From contig JASJQH010000039.1 of NCBI GenBank assembly GCA_040143965.1, positions 1 through 39,984 on the forward strand: DNA of 39,984 bases, read 5' to 3'. This document shows, piece after piece, positions 34,461-39,984 of this stretch. Position 1 is the first letter of the stretch. The number at the start of each line of letters is the position of its first letter. Position numbers and translations under genes: made by a program. Source of the stretch: Basidiobolus ranarum (taxonomy: Eukaryota). Under the pieces are notes generated by a model. That model did no database searches and was not told where the DNA came from. It was given only the letters and a program-made list of their open reading frames with translations.

Positions 34461-37400
34461 ATGATTGGCCATAAGCGGCGTCACACGGTTGCCGGTAGAG
34501 TAAGAAGCGCTGTTGAGTCTGATAATGAGTCCGAAGAAAACGAATCTGTGTACGTATAGTTGTACTTTAGATAAAGGCTTCCTTTTCCATTTTAACACAG
34601 AGTATTCACTAGTTTCGAATCTGAAGACGCCCAACTAGAAGGGAACGAGGTACCTGAAAATCAGTAGGTTTTTATTCACTATTTTCTCTATAAAAAATAA
34701 ACCCCTCATTTAATTCTATTCTACCAACGCAGTGATACTCTTGCAAATGTTGGAATTGATGATACCGAGGCCTATTCGGAAGATGATATTTTTTTTGGTG
34801 GAGATGAGATATGTACGGAGGAATTATCGGCTATGGCTCGCCTGCAGCGTATAGAAAAAGTTACTCCCTTACTTCAAAAGTGGTGGAGACGCATTTTACG
34901 CAGACGCAATCAGGAGAGTGCACCAAGTGGTTCATTGAATGTTGAGGAGATAAAATCTAACTCTGATGCCATATCTACTACGGACCCCGAGTCAAGTTCA
35001 TCCCTCCATTCTCTTAATCATCCTTCAACGGAACAACAGTGTAGTGAGAATGAAATCTCCGATTTACCAGTTGCAGAATGTGAACATACTGAGACCGAAA
35101 ACACTGAAGTCGACCATTCCTCTCCCGAAAGTATCCCGAAAGGCAAGCAAGCAGATGTCCCTCCTGCAGTGGATAATGAACTACACTCTAACTTGACGAA
35201 TAAGTCTACAACAACCACTGACACTCTAGCATCTGTATCACATACTTCAGCCGATATGAAGCCAAGCATTAAAAGCAAGAACAAAATCAATGGAAGTTCA
35301 AAAAGCACGATAAGTAATGTAGTAGCTCGTTTAACCTCAAAAACAAAAGCTACCCCAAAGCCGAGTGACAGTACTAGCAAACCGCTACTCACTTCTCGGA
35401 AGAAAAACTTATTGACAGACACCAATGAAGCACACGATCGAAAAAAGATTGGCGTAAATCGCGAAAAACTTGTTGACAGTAGATCGGGTATCAAATCTGA
35501 TGTGAGTCAAACTCTGAACCCACCGGTGCCAAGAATGTCCAAACCTAGAGAGACTGTCACTATTCGTAAGCCTTTAGGACCTACAGTTGCATCAACAAGC
35601 AAGAAAGTCGTTCCTAACAAAGACCCCCAAGTACTTCAAGGAGATCGTACAACAAGCAGGCAACTAACTGTTGGAAAAAAAGTAGAGAGTAATGCGGGCC
35701 TTTCTAAAGTGAACGAATTGAGTAGTAATCCAACACTGAAATCCACAATCAAGCGACCTATCTCTTCAAATTTCGTAAATACTAAGCTACGTCGTCCCGC
35801 AAATGGAACCTCCATTCAAAAAGATGAGCCAAAGTCTTCAATACCAAAGGCAAACTTGCAGAAACCTTTGTTAAAATCGTCAACATCCTCCAAAATAATA
35901 GACAGTAAAGCTCAAGCGTCGACTACACTCCACAAATCTCACATCGATGCTCTTCCAAAGAAAACGACCCCTGTTCACAAAACGGAGACAAAACCTTCGA
36001 TATCCTCAAAATTTCAAAACCCTCCTCCCAACATCACTCTTCGTAAGCCAGCTTCTATCATAAAAAAGGACGGTAAAAACTTGAATTCTGCTGCTAAATC
36101 GTCACACCTATGCGAATCCTCTTTGGCTCCTAAAAAATCGGATATCAAGTCTTCAACTGAATCAAAGCTTCAAAAACCTGACTCCAGCTTTAAACCAAGT
36201 GCTCAATATTCTCAACATTCTAAGATCCCAAAGCCGGGTCAAACACCAAAGATTGCTGAGTCTTCCAATTCTAGTACCTCTCAAGAGGTTGTCAATACTC
36301 ACTTAGATGATAATACCAAGTTATTCATAGAGCCAGTCGAGTCCTTGAAAGAGCCGTTAGAGCAGCTCAATACTACTTCAAGTACACCTCAGATTGAAGA
36401 AACAACAATGGATATCATTGAAACCCCGAACCAAGAAGATCTGGTTCCTGAGAGATCACTCGCTCCACTCTCAGAGTCAATTGAGACCTTGGAAGAATCC
36501 CTAGAGCAATCTGATGCTACTCAACATGTGCTTCAGATCGAAGAAGTAGCTATGGACATCATTGAGCATCCTGAACAAGTAGAGCTAACTTCTGAGAGAT
36601 CGCTTACTCCACCTACAGAGTCGGTTGAGACCTTGGAAGAACCATTAGAGCAGACTAATGATAATCCAAGCGTGCTTCAAATCGAAAGAGATGCAATGGA
36701 GATTATTGAACAACCAGGCCAAGAAAGCCTAATATCCGAGAGATCTACAGAAGCAGTTGGGGTCTTGGAAGAGCCGTTAGAGCAGCCTAATGCTACTCTA
36801 AATACACCTCAAATCGAAAAAGAAAAAGTGGGTATCATGGAGTATCCAGACCAAGAAGATCTAATTCCTGAGAAATCACTCACTCCACCCACAGAGCCAG
36901 TTGAAATGTTGGAAGAGCCGTTAGAGCTGCTTAATTCTACTTCAAGTGTACTTCAATCGGGTACCGTTGAGCATCCTGAACAAGTAGAGCTGGTTTCCGA
37001 GAGATCACTCACTCCACCCTCAGAACCAGTTGAGATGTCGGAAGAATCGTTAGAGCAACCTGATACTACTCAAAGTTCCCTTCAGGTCGAAGAAACAACA
37101 ATGGATATGATTGAACATCTAGAAAAAGTAGATCCGATTTCTGAACGATCTGGTACTCCACTCACAGAGCCGGTTGAGCCCTCGGAAGAGCCGTTGGAGC
37201 AGCATAATGTTATTTCAAGTACACTTCAAAATGAGGAAGTAACAGTGGGTATCATTGAATATCCACACCAAGAGGATCTAATTTCTGAGAGATCGCTCAC
37301 TCCACCCACAGAGACGATGAATACTGATCTATCTTCTATAGAAATTAACCAGAAGCCCTTGTTAGAATCTATTTGTAACCCGGTTGCTCTTGAAGGACCC

Positions 37401-38960
37401 ATTAATGTTCAAGAGAGTGATACGCAATGCGATGACGAGGTAGATGCTAAAACCATGAGAGTTGAGTATGATAATAACTCCTCTGAACCGGAGTGCTGTT
37501 TGAAAAACAAGCTCCCCCCATCGCCCATCGATGAAACACACAAAGCTCTAGCCAACTCTACAGACGAGTCATGCAATACCTTAGTTGATACTCAAGAGTC
37601 TGGAATAGATCCAGTAGTAGATGATGTCGCTGTGGAGAATTCCATTGAGATCCAGGAGAAATCTGACTCTGAGCCAACACCAGCTTTATGCGAGATAACA
37701 ACCACTGTGGAGCCTATTGAGGAACAACTTGCTGACACCTTGAAATCAGACGACCTCCACTCTAATATTCAGCCATCAAGTCCTATGAGTGAACCTATTA
37801 ATATGACCAAGGGCTCTCATACTAAAGCTTCTGAGACTGGAGATAATTTGAATAAAGACGAGAAGACTTGTATCGAGCCGCTGTATAAGCCAGACTCTCA
37901 AGTTTCGAACTCTGAACATACCCGAGCCTCGTCTTCTGTAAGTACAGATCAAAAAACACCGAGACCTGAAGTAGATCGCCCCGTCTTGAGCGACACTCCA
38001 GGAAATAGAAGACTCTCTATCCCGCGCAAGAGAAATAGTATGCTTAACCTACAAGATACGTTGAACCAGAGAAGATTATCTACTGGTAGACGTAAATCAC
38101 TAGACAGAAAAGTTGGCATCAAATCTGGTCCTCGTCGAATCTTGAGATCGTCTACGAAGACCTCACCCGAAAGCATCTCAGAGCAAAACCCTGAACTAGA
38201 TCATTCATATGATTCTAATCCTTCGAAGTCTGGCACTGAGAATCTAGAAGAGAATTTTAATACTGATTTGAATGAATGTATCACTCTAGATCCATCTGAA
38301 TCCACACCCTGTGCTAGACGCTCCCTTCGACCCAGAGCTACACCCAAAATACAATCAGAGATAACTACACATGATGAATCGAAAAAGGTAACTACTCCCA
38401 GAAGTATAGGGAAGCCGCGACGCAGTCGTAATATCACCCCTGAGCCGGAGCCCGAACCAGTTGATCCGTTTTCGGAAATCATTACTATAGAAGCAACGAA
38501 CGAAAATCCTTTGAAGCGCAAGCCCCCATTCTCGTTCGATCGCCCTCTAAGTCAAGTTAATGCTTCCTATGTGCGTGCCGTAACCAAAAATCTTACTCAG
38601 TATAACTCTGGATATCATCTGTCCACCCTTCAGCTGGTTCCTATTCGTATGGGAGTCCCTAGACCTCCCAGTCCGACTAAAAAACTCATCGATAGGATGG
38701 AGCAAAAGCGCACCATTACGGAGATTCGTGAAGAAAGATCCTCTCAAGAAGTATCACATGAGCGTGGACATAAGCGCGTAAAATGGGACCCATTATTAGT
38801 ATCGATTGCATCCAAAAAATCGACCCCTTCTAAAGCAGCCACTAGTTCAACACAAACCCCATGCCTCTCCACCGTCAAAAGAAAATACCATCAGTCTTTA
38901 GAGCACGAGGTTGTTAAGATTCAAAAGATGATCTGGTTAGAAGACGAACAAGATATTTGA
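34461..38960 (+). CDS. Large intrinsically disordered protein (~1460 aa) with SxIP motifs, acidic tandem repeats and a C-terminal RVxW motif; 3 exons
   Basis: Introns 34550-34600 and 34664-34732 join ATG 34461 in frame to the 1375-aa ORF. Confidence 0.8.
36330..37313 (+). repeat. Coding minisatellite: 7 copies of a ~144-bp (48-aa) unit, two of them shortened
   Basis: Unit EPVExLEEPLEQ...QIEE..MDIIE.P.QEDLI.ERSLTPPT is repeated. Confidence 0.92.
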
Positions 38961-39654
38961 GACTAATGTTCAAAATTGACCGGCTAATGTGTGAAACCTC
39001 AATGTTTTTTACACCTCCAATTTTGCTATGTTTCTTGGGGGATGTTTACTATGCTTGCTACTATTTGAGCAATTATTATTGACTCGGCATTTGTTTCCCA
39101 TTTTATCTCGTACATTTTTACCAGAGTTTGTTCGACAGTTTTGAAAGAGGCTTCACCCTGTATATATCCAATACATAATATATTTTCGTTTTTTAAATCG
39201 TCCCTTTGATTAATAGAGTAAAGTATATACAATATCGGATTTCTAGACCAAGTACAACTGATTGGTGAATTGTCTACTATTGACTCCTTTAAATATTTGT
39301 GGTTACCTTCTATCAAACATTTGCATTCCAAATCCTTTGAAAATGAAAATATTTTAGAATTGATGTAATGGATTACGTTACATTTATTATGACACAGTGT
39401 TAGGAAATATACGTGACAACATCTCTTCATAGCTGAAATAAAATTAGTAACAAGTATGCCAAGAGCCATATTTAAACTTTCATGTGTGCAGGATAGAATC
39501 CTTCAAAATTCACTAGGCATAGTTCTACTGATCATAGCAATGCATATATATATATAATGGGATTTCCTTTGAATTTCAGTTAAATAACAAACTTTATTTA
39601 TATATCAGTAGTAAATATTAATAATAACTCAACAAGGAATATTGAACCCTTGGT

Positions 39655-39984
39655 TTACAACAACCAACGTACCAAAGGTATAGCCATTGCAGCGACAACC
39701 ATAGGATTTACATTCACTGAGGGTGCGGCATTAACACTTCTCGCATTACCAGCCTTTACTTGAGCCTTGGTATCTTCCAAAGGTTGTTCAACAAATGGAC
39801 TAGGTGTTGGTTCTTCAGAGGAAGATTCTGAGGTTGGTGCTTCGGATGAAGATTCTGAGGTTGGTTCTTCGGATGAAGATTCTGAGGTTGGTGCTTCAGA
39901 TGAAGATTCTGAGGTTGGTGCCTCAGAGGAAGATTCTGAAGTTGGTGCCTCAGAGGAAGATTCTGAAGTTGGTGCCTCAGAGGA
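39655..39984 (-). CDS. 3' end of a Ser/Thr/Glu-rich cell-surface protein with probable GPI signal (partial)
   Basis: Minus frame reads (SSEAPTSES)n...NAAPSVNVNPMVVAAMAIPLVRWLL*. Stop at 39657-39655. Confidence 0.8.
   Translation of the reverse strand, partial: SSEAPTSESSSEAPTSESSSEAPTSESSSEAPTSESSSEEPTSESSSEAPTSESSSEEPTPSPFVEQPLEDTKAQVKAGNARSVNAAPSVNVNPMVVAAMAIPLVRWLL
39808..39984 (-). repeat. 27-bp coding tandem repeat (SSEAPTSES), at least 6 copies, runs off the window
   Basis: gaagattctgaggttggtgcctcagag-type unit repeated. Confidence 0.93.

Noticed and set aside
35018-38747. Minus-strand ORFs within the large repeat protein gene
   Set aside because: Antisense shadows of low-complexity coding sequence.
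9340-38960. Co-location of Csm1, WAPL and a putative mitotic scaffold as a chromosome-segregation cluster
   Set aside because: Interspersed with unrelated housekeeping genes. No evidence beyond chance without synteny data.

Overview
Eukaryotic, intron-rich, gene-dense DNA with mostly ~50-80 nt GT-AG introns. Gene content and style fit an early-diverging fungus (Zoopagomycota/Mucoromycota-like; organism not determinable from sequence alone). Recognisable genes in order: BRAP2/ETP1 3' end, EHD3/HIBCH, a secreted HExxH metalloprotease-like protein, a decayed tRNA-Leu(CAG), a LETM1-domain protein, AHA1, monopolin Csm1/Pcs1, a rhomboid-like/GT-A glycosyltransferase fusion, a small orphan ORF, FAR11/STRIP, WAPL, POL5/MYBBP1A, RPS25, a small PY-motif membrane protein, a signal peptide-Cys-rich-TM-SH3 protein, a ~1460 aa disordered repeat protein and the 3' end of a Ser/Thr/Glu-repeat GPI-like protein. 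Most notable: (1) a putative receptor with fibronectin type II-like ectodomain repeats and a cytoplasmic SH3; (2) a rhomboid pseudoprotease fused to a GT54/MGAT4-like domain; (3) an Aha1 with a C-terminal tail anchor and a 6-nt microexon completing its NNWHW motif; (4) a snoRNA-like element in the long RPS25 intron; (5) a possible frameshifting deletion in FAR11. All family calls are by-eye motif recognition, not database searches.
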